Below are positions 22,200 through 35,517 of a stretch of 47,059 bases of DNA, piece after piece. Source of the DNA: Malacoraja senta (lineage: Eukaryota); NCBI GenBank assembly GCA_038087875.1, contig JAXLNO010000580.1, positions 1-47,059 on the forward strand, written 5' to 3'. Numbering within the stretch: the stretch's first letter is position 1; each line of letters starts with the position of its first letter. The notes below the pieces were generated by a model, which worked only from the letters and a program-made list of their open reading frames with translations, made no database searches and was not told the DNA's origin. A program made the position numbers and the translations under genes.

Positions 22200-23522
22200 C
22201 TGTAATAGCAGCGCATTTGGAAAGCTGTGACAGGATCAGTCAAAGTCAGCATGGATTTATGAAGTGGAATTTTTTGAGGATGTAACAAGTAGAATGGATA
22301 AGGGAGAGAAGTGGATGTGGTGTATCTGGACTTTCAAAAAGCCTTTGACAAGGTACCACACAGGAGATTAGTGGGCAAAATTAAAGTACATGGTATTGGA
22401 GGTAGAGTATTAACATGGATAGAGAACTGGTTGGCACACAGGAAGCAAAGAGTAGAAATTAACAGGTGCTTTTCAGAATGGCAGGCAGTGATTAGTGGAG
22501 TGCCACAAGGCTCAGTGCTGGAACCCCAGTTATTTACAATATATATTAACGATTCAGACGAGGGAATTAAATGTAACATCTCCAAGTTTGCGGATGACAC
22601 AAAGCTGGGTGGCAGTGTGAGCTGCGAGGAGGATGCTATGAGTCTGCAGGGTGACAGATAGGTTGGGTGAGTGGGCAGATGCATGGCAGATGCAGTATAA
22701 TGTGGATAATTATGAGGTTACTCACTTTGGTGACAAAAACAGGAAGGCAGATTATTATCTGAATGGCAGACATAAAATTCAGATTCGGAAAAGGGGAGGT
22801 GCAACGAGACTTGGGTGTCCTTGTACATCAGTCACTGAAAGTAAGCATGCAGGTACAGCAGGCAGTGAAGAAAGCTAATGGCATGTTGGCCTTCATTGTG
22901 AGAGGATTTGAGTTTAGGAACAAGGAGGTCCTACTGCAGTTGTACAGAGGCCTGGTGAGACCGCACCTGGAGTATTGTGTGCAGTTTTGGTCTCCTAATT
23001 TGAGGAAGGACATTCTTGCTATTGAGGGAGTGCAGCATAGGTTCACCAGGTTAATTCCCGGGATGGCGGGACTGACATATGATGAAAGAATGGGTCAACT
23101 GGGCTTGTATTCACTGGAATTTAGGATGAGAGGGAATCTTATAGAAACATAAAATTCTTATGGGATTAGGCAGGCTAGATGCAGGAAAAATGTTCCTGAT
23201 GTTGGGAGAGTCCAGAACCAGGGGCCACAGTTTAAGAATAAGGGGTAGGCTATTTAGGACTGAGATGAGGAAAAACGTTTTCTCACAGAGAGTTGTGAAT
23301 CTTTGGAATTCTCTGCCACAGAAGGCAGTGGAGGCCAATTCACTGGATGTATTTAAGAGAGAGTTAGATTTAGCTCTTAGGGCTAACGGAATCAAGGGAT
23401 ATTGGGGAAAAAGCAGGAACGAGGTACTGATTTTGGATGATCAGTCAGGATCATATTGAATGGCGGTGATGATTCGAAGGGCCGAATGGCCTACTCCTGC
23501 ACCTATTTTCTATGTTTCCATG
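22200..23522 (+). mobile_element. 5'-truncated CR1 LINE (RT to 3' tail)
   Basis: [57 protein letters not shown]; tail CCTACTCCTGCACCTATTTTCTATGTTTC. Confidence 0.95.
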
Positions 23523-24174
23523 TTGTGACGGGGGGAGGGGGAGCAAGAGCAGAGCTGCAGGATATCGAGGAGACCATAGTGAGGGCCTCATCTATGATGG
23601 AAGAGGTGAACCCCCGTTCCCTAAAGAATAAAGACATCTCTGATGTCCTGGTATAGGACATCTTGAGCGCAGATGCAGTGTAAATGGAGGAATTGGGAGT
23701 AGGGGTTAGAGTCTTTACAGGAGGCAGGGTGGGAAGAAGTGTAGTCTAGATAGCTGTGGGAGTCAGTGGGTTTATAATAGATGCCAGTTGATTGTCTCCT
23801 GTGATGGAGACAGTGAGATCAAGAAATGGTAGGGAGATGTCGGAGATGGTCCAAGTGAATTTGAGTGCAGGATGGAAATTAGTAGTAAAGTTAATGAAGT
23901 CAGTAAATTCTGCATGGGTACAGGAGGTAGCAATTGTTCGACATACCCTACAAAGAGACAGGCACAGTTGGGGCCCATGTGAGTGCCTATAGCCACATCT
24001 TGGATTTGGAGGAAGTGGGAGGAGTCTAAGGAGAAGTTGTTAAGGAAGAGCACCAGCTCTGCTTGGCGGAGTGGAGTGTTAGTAGAGGGAAATTGTCTGG
24101 CTCTGCTTTCGAGGAAGAAACGGAGGGCTTTAACACCTTCCTGGTGGGGGATTGAGGTGTAGAGTGACTCAACA

Positions 24175-25238
24175 TCTATCTATCCATACTTAACTAAAAA
24201 CTCTAATCTTGTTATCTTCCAGTTTGGCGGTCTTTCTATTTGCGCAAAAACAGTTCACGATAGCACTACGATTTTCCGGCAGTTCACTCACCGTTCTCCT
24301 ATGCTGCGAGTCCACCCAGTTTAGTTCCGATCGGTTGAATGTCATAAAAGTTAGCGAGGTTTAAAAATCTTTAAAACCGCGCGTGCGCAGATCGATCTCT
24401 TCTCCTGCCAGTTGGCGCCGCGCGGATTAGTCTCTTTCCCTGTCACTCCCCAGGACAGTCCGCCCCTTCCTGCGCCATCGCGGCGGAGGTTTCCAACCGG
24501 AATTTCGGAAGGACCCAAAGCAGCCCAGCCCCAAGCAGCCAGCCCTGCCCCCATGGTGAAGGAGTGGTGCCGCCGCCCGAGGAGCTGGGGCCACGCTGTA
24601 CCTGGTGGGGAGGGTGGTGCCGCGGGCCGAGCCTGGGGATTGGGCCTGGGCTGGAACCAATGACGAGCCTGGGTCCGGGGTCAGGGACAAGCCCGGAGAT
24701 GAAGTCGGGGCCTGGACTGGAGCCCAGACGGCGGCCAAGCTGAGGGCTAGAGTCGGGCACAAGCTCGGGGCCGGGGTCAAGGTGTACAAGCTCGGGGGCC
24801 GCCTGGCCGCCGCCATTCTGCAGCACAGCCTCCGCTTCCTGCTTTGCGGGCAGCTCTGGCTTGGCCGCCCGCCACCCTCACCCCGCCCCCGGCACAGCGA
24901 GCCCAGCTCCGTCGAGGCCCACATCTGCGAGTGCTTCGGCCACCTACAGCCAGGGCTGGGCCAAGTACGAGAACCAGGCCGAGTTTCAGGCCCTGGCGCT
25001 GCTCTACGACCTGGGTAGGTGCTGGGGCAGGGAATGGGAGTGAGGGGAGGAGGATGCGGGAAATGGGGAGGAGGGAGATGGGGTAGTAGAGGGAGATGGG
25101 GGGGGGGAAGAACTGATCCCCGCTGGCGAAGGACACCGAGGGTCAGGTGAGTGGTGGAATATTGCGTTGGGGAACGGGTTGCATTGGGGGACCAGGCCTC
25201 CCGTGTGACAGGGACCCAACGGGTCCGATTTAGTCTAG
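24175..25238 (+). mobile_element. Non-autonomous Helitron carrying a captured gene fragment
   Basis: 5' TC(TATC), 3' CTAG preceded by the GGACCC-AAC-GGGTCC hairpin; inserted between A and T without TSD. Removal restores Penelope AACA|TCTATAGTAAAG. Ends are homologous to 37046-37546 and 37547 onward. Confidence 0.85.
24553..25020 (+). pseudogene. SAC3D1: Captured, frameshifted SAC3 domain-containing protein 1-like exon fragment
   Basis: Collinear blocks MVKEW.RP, ATLYLVGRVVP, ILQHSLRFLLC, EPSSVEAHICECFGHL, YSQG..YENQAEFQALALLYDLG recall SAC3D1 (AVKEYSRP, ATVRYL..EV, QVQEGFGSL, FQGLFLLYNLG); ends at G|GTAGGT donor (25015). Confidence 0.72.
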
Positions 25239-25837
25239 TCTATAGTAAAGATGAGGGAGTGGGGCCCAGGAAAACGGAAGTCATTGAAGAGACGAAGGGC
25301 GTGTGCGGTATCTTGGACATGTCAGGAGAGATTGGACCAGGAGGAATGGGATGGAGTCGATGTGCGTGGAAATCATTTCAGTGGGACAGGAGCAAGCAGA
25401 AACAATGGATCTGCCGGGGCAGTTCTGTTTATGGATTTTGGGATGAAGATGCGGGGCTGGGGAACGATAAGGTTGGAGGCTTTAGAGGAAGTGATAAAAT
25501 CTGAAATGGTCTGTGAGATTACGGCCTGGTGCTCATCTGTGGGATCATGGTCCAAGGATATGTAGGAGGAGGTGTCCGAGAGTTGGCACCGGGCCTCATC
25601 AAGGTAGAGGTCAGCTAGCAAGACTACCACAGCACCTCCCTTGTCGGCGGGTTTGATGATAATGTCGGAGTTGCTGCAGAGTTAGTGAAGGGCTGTACTT
25701 TCAGAGGGGGTGAGGTTAGAGTAGGTAAGGGGAATGGAAAAGTTTAGACAGTTGATGTCACGCCGGCAGATAGAAATAAAAAGAATCTAAAGTCTAAATG
25801 GGAGAATAAAAAAAGAAAAAAAGATACGTAAGTTGTA

Positions 25838-26412
25838 TTCTTCTGCAGTTGTATAGGGCTCTGGTGAGACCACAACTGGAGTATTGTGTACAGTTTTGGT
25901 CTCCTAATTTGAGGAAGGACATCCTTGTGATTGAGGCAGTGCAGCGTAGGTTCACGAGACTCTCATATGAGGAAAGATTGAAAAGACTGGGCTTGTATTC
26001 ACTGGAGTTTAGAAGGATGAGGGGAATCTTATAGAAACATATAAAATTATAAAAGGACTGGACAAGCTAGATGCAGGAAATTTTTCCCCAATGTTGGGCG
26101 AGTCCAGAACCAGGGGCCACAGTCTTAGAATAAAGGGGAGGTCATTTAAGACTGAGGTGAGAAAAAACGTTTTCACCCAGAGAGTTGTGAATTTATGGAA
26201 TTCCGTGCCACAGAGGGCAGTGGAGGCCAAATCACTGGATGGATTTAAGAGAGAGTTAGATAGAGCTCTGGGGGCTAGTGGAGTCAAGGGATATGGGGAG
26301 AAGGCAGGCACAGGTTATTGATAGGGGACGATCAGCCTTGATCACAATGAATGGAGGTGCTGGCTCGAAGGGCCGAATGGCCTCCTCCTGCACCTATTTT
26401 CTATGTTTCTAT
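25838..26412 (+). mobile_element. 5'-truncated CR1 3' fragment
   Basis: [19 protein letters not shown]...SRTRGH...WNSVP; CR1 tail CCTCCTCCTGCACCTATTTTCTATGTTTCTAT. Confidence 0.95.
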
Positions 26413-28561
26413 ATAAAATGGAACAGCTGCAATGAATGCTTCTAAAATGAGGAATCGAGAGGGGACGAGAAACAATCACATTGCAAAAAAGAGCAAGGGA
26501 AAATAGGAGAACCAGTTAGAAAAACATTAACAAAAACGTACTGGATCAGTTACAGGAACTTATAAATGAGGCATGCCATTGGAAATGAACAAAAATAAAT
26601 TGTGTTCTGTTGCATATGTATCAAATGCTCCCAAACTACTTGGTGAAAGATAATGTAATACTTACTTTGTACACAAAATTGAGTAACATTCATTTGACTA
26701 CAAGATACTACAAATGCTTTAGCATTTCCTTTGTGTGCATATAAAGACAATTGATTTATTCTCACCAGTCTTCGGTCATTTAAAAATGTTCATATTCTAC
26801 ATTTCCAAATGTTCACCAAACACAATGTGTAGTCAGATATTAATGCAACAAATTTAATAATATATAAGGACTAAGATGAATATGCAAGTTAATGGAACAA
26901 TTGCTTAAGAAGGGCATGTTGGGAGATCAAATTTACTAAGTTTACTGATAAATATAACTGAAATGGTGGAATCAAAACTTTCAAAAGTTGCAAATTACAT
27001 TTCCATATTTTGTACTGCAGAATATAATTGAAAATGTTGTATCTGGGGCATTATCATAAACAATAGACAAAAAAAAATCTTAAAATGTAATTATGATTGA
27101 AGCAATTTAAGAAGAGAGATTTTTACAGCTTTACAGTTAGAATTGTACCATTCCTATGAATCCGTTGCCTAACCAAATGCACCAACCTAAATTGGGAATT
27201 GTTTTTTCTTAAAAGATGTGTTTACTGAGCCTTTGACATGTGTATACATTATAGTTCAGACCAGACCTGGAAAATTACATTCACAAAGAGCCTGGGGCCG
27301 AAAACAAAACATTCAACAGTTTGCAGACAACATCAGCCTGTTTATCTCTCAGTCTTTCGCCTTTCATTGTCTCTTTTCTATTTTTTTCTCCAGCAAGTAC
27401 TTCTTTGTAGTCAATCCAACTCTTCTTTTCCCCCAGCCATAAACCTGCCATCTATTCCAAATGCTCTTATTTGATCATTTCAATTTTCCTTTTCTCAAAC
27501 ATTGCATGACAAATAATATAATAAAAATATTTTAATATAATGAGAAGTGTTCAGACTCTTAAGCTTTAAGCGCATTTAATTATTGGTCACTTTATTTAAT
27601 TTTTGCCACCTTGAAATTGCTGATTTTCTGAGGGTACTATTCTTCAAGAACAAGCTGCCCTCAAATACCTTAGTAATTTACTGCTTCCAGCAGGTGTGCA
27701 GACACTGATGCTTAGAAATTTGATCGCACTTTACAAGCGTAAAAACTTTCTTCATGGTCCAGTATATTGCAGTTTGCTGAAGCTACCAGGGTGCTTTATG
27801 GGAGGTGGATCACAAGCATTACATTGCCAATGCACATAAAAAGCAGGAAAAGACTCGGGTCTCAGTGCGTTCGACTGCACTGAGACAGATTGATTACAAT
27901 ACTCAGCAATGAAATGACACCTGTTGGAAGAGGTTATTTGAAGGACACATATGTTAATCGGTTCTGATGTTAGTAGGTTTTGTTGCCTGCCTTGAGGAAG
28001 TTGAATTGATACTACACATCAAACGGACCCAAAAAATATTTTGTGGTTGCTTTAGTGGAAGGAATAGGGACATGTATTAAAGTAATTGTGTTGTGTTGCA
28101 CACTAAACGGCTAAAGAAACATCTGTTATCCACTGTCTGGCTGGGACCTAAATTGACTCTTGGTGAATGAATGTCTGTTCACTACCTCCAAAGAGGATGA
28201 TTGAACAACTCCAAACAAACTCAATGACAACAGGAGGTTGGAATGAACTAATTGTCAGTAGCAGACTTGGTAATCAGATACTTGAGCCAGGAATCTGTCA
28301 ATGATTTCTCAGCAGACTGGTTTATTGATTGTGATAACACCATCATCAAGGGGATGTGTGATTCTTCTCAATTAGTTCCAGATAATCTTACAAGTCACTG
28401 ACATATTTCCTATTTGGAAACAAGAGGTTCACTAATTCAGCCAGAGAACTCTGCAATTCAGTCTAATATGCTTGAGCTTATATGTACATATATAAAGTGG
28501 AAAGGACCATGGTTTTACTTATACTTTCAGTTCACGATGCAGCATGATTCTTTTTACAGTT

Positions 28562-28860
28562 TTCATTCTTTCGGACTGTGAGCATTGCTGGTAAGACTAT
28601 CATGTATTTCTTACCACTAATTTCCCTTCAGAAAGTGGTGGTGAGCTATTTTCTTCAAATCATTGCAATCCCTCTGTTGAAAGTACTATGAGCTCTACTT
28701 TTCAGTATTTAAATTCAGGAATGATGAAGGAACAGTAAGTGCGTAACTTGATAGTCAGGGGTTGGGGGTGGGGGTGGTATATTCTACATCTGATGTCCTA
28801 GGCATACTTGGTGTTACAGGGTTATAAAGTAGTCTCAGTAAGTTATTGACTTTCATCAGA
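28562..28860 (-). mobile_element. Old CR1-group LINE 3' relic
   Basis: TCATTCTTTCGGACTGTGAGCATTGCTGGTAAGAC...CTAATTTCCCTTCAGAAAGTGGTGGTGAGC resembles the reverse complement of a common elasmobranch CR1 3' end. Confidence 0.5.
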
Positions 28861-29799
28861 CATCTTGAATTAAGATATTTTGCATAATTGTGACAGGAAT
28901 CAAGGAAGTTTCCAGAATGACGATTTTGTCATTTAGCACACCAAATGTGGTCATAGGCATATTTGTTCTGTCGATCAATAATCAAGTCAGCCTTCATGAC
29001 ATTGTAATAAAAGACCTCGGAAGCTTTTAGAATATTTATGTGAACAAAAGTTTGAATATTCAGAGCAGTATTGTCAGTTAAGATGTACTCCCATTGTAAA
29101 TATATAATTTGATGGAACCATTTGTCTAGCACAACATGTTGAAGTAAACTATGCAATTGTAACTGCAGAAATTATATTCAATTACCTGTTGTAATCTATT
29201 TTCTTAAAAAGTATAAAAACTCAAATGTACTTTAAATTCAGGGAGATTATTCAAGGAAATTCTCACAAAAGGACACCCACAGCATGTCCACTTCTGCAGA
29301 ATAAAGACCTGTTACATCAACAGTTTCTTGTCTCAGTATGCCTCATTCAAAGTCACAACAGCTGTTACACTCTTTTGTGAGAGATGTTCATTGTTTCATG
29401 CATTAGTGGCATGAATGATACTTGCCACTTGGATTAGTACATGTCTTCAAGTTATTTATGTATTGCTTCATGCAAATATCGCTTGCTTTATTTCCATCGA
29501 CTTTGGTATGATTCCAGCTATATAAGTGTTTTCCCTTTGATGGCAATTTATTTTACCTTTATCAGAGACTTGAAGATACAGTAAGCTAAATGCTGTTTTC
29601 ATGTCAAAGGCTGCCAAACCAGGTAGTGATGCAACCAGTCAATATGCTCTCTGGGCAATATCCAAAGACAAATTCTAGTAGCTTTCTGGTTGCTGAGGCA
29701 TTCTAAGGTGCACTGTAGTGGACTACAGAGGTAAGTGTAACGTGACTGAGTAACCTTTTGAAAATTACAGCTGCATTGTAGGGTGCCTATATGAAACAA

Positions 29800-30322
29800 T
29801 ATGAGTAGAGCTCAAAATATAGAAAGGTGCAATCACTCTAATGAGATTGTACTATAGGCACTCCAATAGTCAGCGGGAGGTAGAGGTACAGATTACGGAA
29901 AGATGTAAAAGCAACAGCATTGTCATAGTTGGTGAATAACTTCCCCAATATTGACTGGAACTTACTTAGTGAAAAAGGCTTAGACAGGGCAGAATCTGTT
30001 GGGTGTATCCATAAAGGTTTCCTAAAACAGTATGTAAATAGTCCAACTCGAGGAGAGACTATACTAGATCTAGTTTTAGGAAATGCACCAGACCAGGTAA
30101 CTGTTGCTTCAATGAAAGAGTATTTTGGGGATATAGAGCACAACTCCATAGGTTTTAGATTGTTTTAAATAAGGATAAATTTGGACCCTGGGGGAAGGTA
30201 TTAAATTGGAGTAAGGTAGGTTACAATGTTATGAGGTTATTGGGTACATCCACATCTGACTTGTGGGAATCATTTTGAAAGATCAGTTGATCAAAGTTGT
30301 GGACCGGCATGTTCAGGTAAGT
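29800..30322 (+). mobile_element. CR1 ORF2 endonuclease-region fragment
   Basis: LYYR..NS, NFPNIDW, FLKQYVNSPTRGETILDLVLGN, YFGDIEHNSI motifs. Confidence 0.8.
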
Positions 30323-30332
30323 AGAGGGATAA

Positions 30333-30507
30333 GTCAAGCAGCATCTCTGGAGAAATGTAATGGGTGACATTTCAGGTCGAGACCCTTTCCCAGACCCAAA
30401 ACGTCAACTATTCTTTTTCTCCAGAGATGCTGCCTGACCCACTGAGTTATTCCAGCATTTTGTGTCTATCTTCGGTGTAAACCAGCATCTGCAGTTCCTT
30501 CCTACAC
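30333..30507. mobile_element. Palindromic Penelope pLTR-derived repeat
   Basis: GCAGCATCTCTGGAGAAA...GACATTTCAGGTCGAGACCC / GACCCAAAACGTC...TCTCCAGAGATGCTGC...CTGCAGTTCCTTCCTACAC. Confidence 0.8.
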
Positions 30508-31012
30508 ACTGTACCCAGCTTTGTAGCATCATGAAATTTGGAATTTGATCTTCTCCATCAAATCATTGTTTTGTGAACAGCCAATATCCTATCACTGATC
30601 CCTGCATCAAAGCTACCATTCAAAGCCCCTGTCTGAAAATGGTATGCTTATTTCTATTTTCTGTTATCTGTCCATTAATCAATCAATCAATCCTCAATCC
30701 ATATTATTCCAATCCACATGCTCCAATTGTGTTGAATAACCTGGTATGGTTTATTTTATCAAAATCTAAATACACCAAATACAATGGTTTCCTCCTTTTC
30801 TGGTAAACTGCTGGTTACAACCATATTTTATAATATCATATTTTATAAATTCATATTAATTCTTCCCAGTCCTCCTGTTTAAGATAGTGGTAGGTTACTG
30901 ATCAAGTGCACTACTTTGACGAGTGCTTTTGTGAACATTGTTGAAACTGTACTTATCCGATCAAATGGAAAGTGTTCCATCATACATTTATCTGATCCGT
31001 TTGGATAGCATG

Positions 31013-31227
31013 TGTAAAGAAGTTAAGTCTGACTCACTTGTAGCTTTACTTAACGTTTAATAATCACACAGGTTAGACACGTTCCAGCACTGACTGCATA
31101 CAGTATATCACCATGCTGGAACCAGGGGAGAGTAAGCGAGAAAGAGAGTTATTATACTTGATAACTAAGGCGTGGTTAGTGGTGCTGAGGTAGCTATATT
31201 ATTGGTTGCATGCATGAACCATCTACA
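31013..31227 (-). repeat. 3' LTR
   Basis: 215 bp; matches the 5' LTR except in a GA-rich patch. Confidence 0.95.
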
Positions 31228-31293
31228 TCCTTTCCCTTGGAAATCAAAATAGAATTGGAGCCGAGGCAGTGTCATTACACAAAGCATGCGAGT

Positions 31294-34200
31294 TTAAACA
31301 AAGTCGCCGTAGCGAACAGACGGCTTAACAATGCGACCCGAACGCGTGCGTACAGCGCCTTCCCCCCCCCCATCGAAAAGAAGAGAAGGCGTAGCGGAAG
31401 CAGGCGAGAATGTTAAAGGAGGAGGAGACGCAGTCGGAGCGGGAGAGGCGGGAGGGGAAGGCGAACGTGCAGGAGGGGAAGCAAGCCGGCCAGAACCTGG
31501 CGGCAACGGAGGAGGAGAACGCAACAGGCGAGGGGTCTGGGGCATGCAGGGAACAGCAGGGCAATCGGCAGTAGCAGGCTGGAACCGCAACGGAGGAGCA
31601 TAAGGAACTGCAGGTGGAGGTTTCAGCTCGTTCACAGCCAACAGGTGTTGACGGCTCCGCCGATAGACAGTCCCATCGTAGTCCACCAGGTAAGATCTGG
31701 GAGAGTCGGCCACACCAACCACGGTTGCGAGGCGGGAATAGCCGGTGGTGGTCTGCATCCGAACGACCTGCCCGTGTAGTAGAGGCAACAGCGGTCGGCA
31801 GGACTTGTCGTGGGAACGTCGTTGAACCTCATGCTTCTGTTCAATCCGCTGTTGGACAGTGGCAGGCTCGAGCACTTTGGGTAGCAGGGCCTGTTGGGCG
31901 ATTGGCATAGGTGGCCTTGTCGTCCTCGACATCAGACGCTGGGCAGGGGAACCCATGGTCGGGTCCCGGGAGATGTTACGTAGGTTAAGTAAGCCCAGGT
32001 AGAAATCGCAGTTGGACAGGCGGGACTGCTCTAGCAGACCCTTAGCACTCCGCACAGCCCGCTCGGCGAGGACGTTACTTTGTGGGTACTCAGGGCTGCT
32101 GGTGTAGTGATGGAAGTTCCACCCAGCAGCGAAAGCCATTGTCGGTCTGCAAGCGGACAGGGGCACCGAAGGTGGCGAAGTGCCTGCGCAGTCTGCTGAT
32201 GACCATCTCGGAGGTGATGGAAGGAAGGAGGTCCACCTCGAACCAGTTGGAGTACGAGTCAACCAGCACGAGAAACTGCTTGCCCCGCCATTTGAATATG
32301 TCGGCAGCCAGCGATGTCCAGGGCATGGTAGGCGCTGGCTGCAGCAGAAGGGGCTGACGCTGCTGGTGTGGGGCAAGGTTGTTGCAGGTGGAACAGGAGG
32401 ATACTCGGTCCCTGATGTATTTGGCCATACCAGGCCAGTAGAACTGTCCCTGGGCATGAGAAATAGTGGCATCGACCCCAGGATGACCGCTGTGGGCTGC
32501 GTTGTAGTATAGATCATACAGAGAGGCTGGGACCACGACCTTGTGGCCCTTGACGATAACACCATCTTGAATCACCAGCTCATCGCGGACCAGGAAGAAC
32601 GGTTGGGCAACCGATGGCAAAGTGGTGCATCTGTCGGGTCACCCACACTTGATGACGGCTGCAAGCTGCTGCAAAGCAGGGTCAGCGGCGGTGTGCTCGG
32701 TCAGGCACTGCAGCTGCTTGGTTGGGACAAAGTTGACGTTCAGTACCAACAGGTCTTCCTGCTCGTAAGGGTGACGGTCACAGGAGGCTCGCGGGGCGCG
32801 AGACAGTGTATCGGCCACATGCATCTCGGTGCCCCTCTTGTATATGATTTTGAAATAAAAACGCTGGAGCTGCAGCATGATTCGCTGCAGCCTGGCAGGG
32901 GCCACATGTATGGGTTTGTTAAGAATAGTCACTAATGGCTGGTGGTCGGTTTCGACTGTGAATCTGCTGCCGAAGAGGAAATCTTTGAACTTGGAGCAAG
33001 CAAACACCACCGCCAGGAGCTCCTTCTCAATCTGAGCATACCGTTGCTCCGTGTCGGTCATGGTCTGCGAGGCATACGAGACCGGTAACAGCGAGCCGTC
33101 GTCGTAGAGCTGCAGTCCAAATCGAGAGGCATCATAGGTAACAACAATGGGACGGCGCAGGTCGAAGAATTTGAGTGTCGGGGTGCTGGTCAGCTTAGAC
33201 TTCAGACATTCGAAAGCCTGCTGGTGTTGTGGAAACCAGGACCAGGCAATGTCTTTTTTAGTTAGCTGCTTCAGGGACGAGCTCAGCTCACTGAGATTAG
33301 GTATAAACTTCCCGAGGTAATTTACCATGCCCAGGAATCGTTGCAGACTGAGGACGTCGGTTGGGGCTGGCATCTCGGAGATGGCATTGGTCTTTTGCGG
33401 GTCGGGCTTCAGTCCATTAGAAGTGAAGATGTGCCCGACGTAAGGCACTTCAGAGACACGGAATCTGCATTTTTGTTTGTTCAGTTTTAAATTGATCTGC
33501 CGGGCCCGGTCCAGGACCCGGCGGAGGTTCTTGTCATGTTCGGCGGCATTCTTCCCGTAGACTAGGATGTCATCCACGATGATGGCGCACGGCATGCCGG
33601 CGAACAGCTGTTCCATGGTCCGCTGAAACACCTCGCTTGCAGAGTTAATGCCGAATGGCTTCCGTAGGAACTTGAATCTGCCATAAGGAGTGGCAAACGT
33701 TGTCAGGTCGGAGGAGCGTTTGTCGAGTGGTATTTGCCAGAAGGAACTCTTGGCATCAAGGACAGAGAAGACCGTGGCCTGGCCGACTTGAGCTGCAACA
33801 TCTTCCACGGTTCTCATGGGGTAGTGTGGTCGCCTGATCGCGAGGCTCAGGTCCTTCGGATTAATGCACACCCGTATCTCGTTCTTGTCCTTTTTCAGGG
33901 TGGCAACCATGGTGGAGACCCACTCGGTGGGCTCGCTGACTGCTTCCAGCACTCCCATTGCGACCATGCTCTTCAGCATCGATTCAACTTTATCCTTCAT
34001 GGCGAGGGATACTCTGTGTGGTGCACGGACCACAGGCACCACCTTCGGGTCGGTGGCAATCTTGTAAACGAAAGGCAGCTTGCCCAGCTCATTATCGAAC
34101 AGGTCCGGATACTCAGATATCGGATCCAGCAGCACCTGCACTTCATGGACAGTATGGTCGAAGGACACAAGTCCCAGGTCCTGGCATGCCTGGTTGCCCA

Positions 34201-35431
34201 ACAGAGTCACACAGTCAGAGTCGAGAACATAGAACATGAGAGCCCGCGATGATTTCTTCAGCACGCAATTAAGAGTGGCCTTTCCCACTGGTTTCAGCAC
34301 CTCGCCCCCATAAGCACGTAAAGTAGAACGGTCTGCAGTCAGTAGCTCATTATGCCTAATCTTTCTGAACAGGCTTGTTGACATAACATTGACCTTTGCC
34401 CCCGTGTCGAGCTTAGCTGCGAAAGAATAATTGTTGACAGTAACGAGGACCGATGGATCAGGGAGTCGAGCAGGTGCGTGTAGGAGTGTGAATACACTAG
34501 CATCTCCTTGAGAACTAATTGGCTCAGAGTCGTGGGCAGTGTCGAGAGAGGACTGGGAACCAAACTCGCTATCTACTTGTAGCAGGTTGTTTAATACTTG
34601 TCTAGAAGCTGCGGGAAATTTCCCACGGGAGCGGCAGACAGACGAGAAATGATTCAATTTCTTGCAGAAATTGCAGGATTTTCTGTAAGCCGGGCACTGC
34701 GACTGCATCGAATGCACATAATTACAATTAGGGCACCTTTTAACGACATGCCCGCCGGGGTCATTGCTTGCCCGTGGCGCAGGTCTAGTGTTGTCTATTT
34801 TAGGACGCGGTCTGTTGAGACCAGTTAAATTGACCGATCGACTATTAGACTCCCGCTGTCCGAACAGCGGGTCAACGACTTCAGCCAACCTGCATGCATG
34901 CATTGCATCGGTCAGAGTAAGATCTGGCTTTCTCAATAGTTTAGATCTCAATATCTGATCCAGCATACCTGTCACTAGAATGTCCCTAGTAAGCTGGTCA
35001 GTCATATTTTCAAATCGGCACCTCTGGGCGAGATAACGCAGATCAGCAATAAAACATTCAACTGGTTCATCAGGCTGTTGCTTCCTCGTAAAAAACTTAG
35101 CTCACTCTAAAATGCGGTTAGAGGGCAAGTCACAGATCTCGGCAAACTTTCGCAATAGACATATCAGATCGTTGGCAGACTTCGCAGGTACTTGAACCTG
35201 ATCGTTTTCATCCCGGACCGCGGGATTATAGGCAAAGGCTAGTGCTCTCCTCATGGCATGAGGACCAGCAAGGTTCAGTAGATGAGAAGCTTTGACGATA
35301 TCGGGATCGTTGCGATGAACAATATTAATGTAGTGTGTGAAGTCCATCTCGAAAGTCGGCCAGCGCTCCGCTATGTCGGCATCAAAGACTAGGGGGCGAG
35401 GATTTACGGCACGAGGATGCCATAACAGCAA
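31294..35431 (-). pseudogene. Gypsy gag-pol polyprotein with in-frame stop, frameshifts and small deletions
   Basis: Two Cys/His knuckles (CPNCNYVH..C, CNFCKKLNHFSSVC), protease LDTGA, RT IIVDDILV, RNase H YAQIEKELLA/TDHQPL, integrase HSGH..CSTC, QTDNG, SSPEYPQSN. TGA at 35102-35104 is in frame with the downstream 788-aa ORF. Confidence 0.93.
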
Positions 35432-35517
35432 AGGGGTACAAAACTCCGAGAAAGAAACACTTTCAAAGAAATAAAACCCGATAAACAGGAGGCGCGCGTT
35501 TTAACTTGCTGACACCA

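Larger units (their letters stand above)
21940..25790 (-). mobile_element. Decayed Penelope-like element RT region, split by CR1 and Helitron insertions
   Basis: Minus-strand fragments: IIIKPADKGGAVVV (~25620-25665), FTIDVESLYTSIPH across the Helitron junction, QDVAIGTHMGP (~23970-24000), DRVPLVLTFHP...PPLSAF.RD (~22020-22180). Confidence 0.88.
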
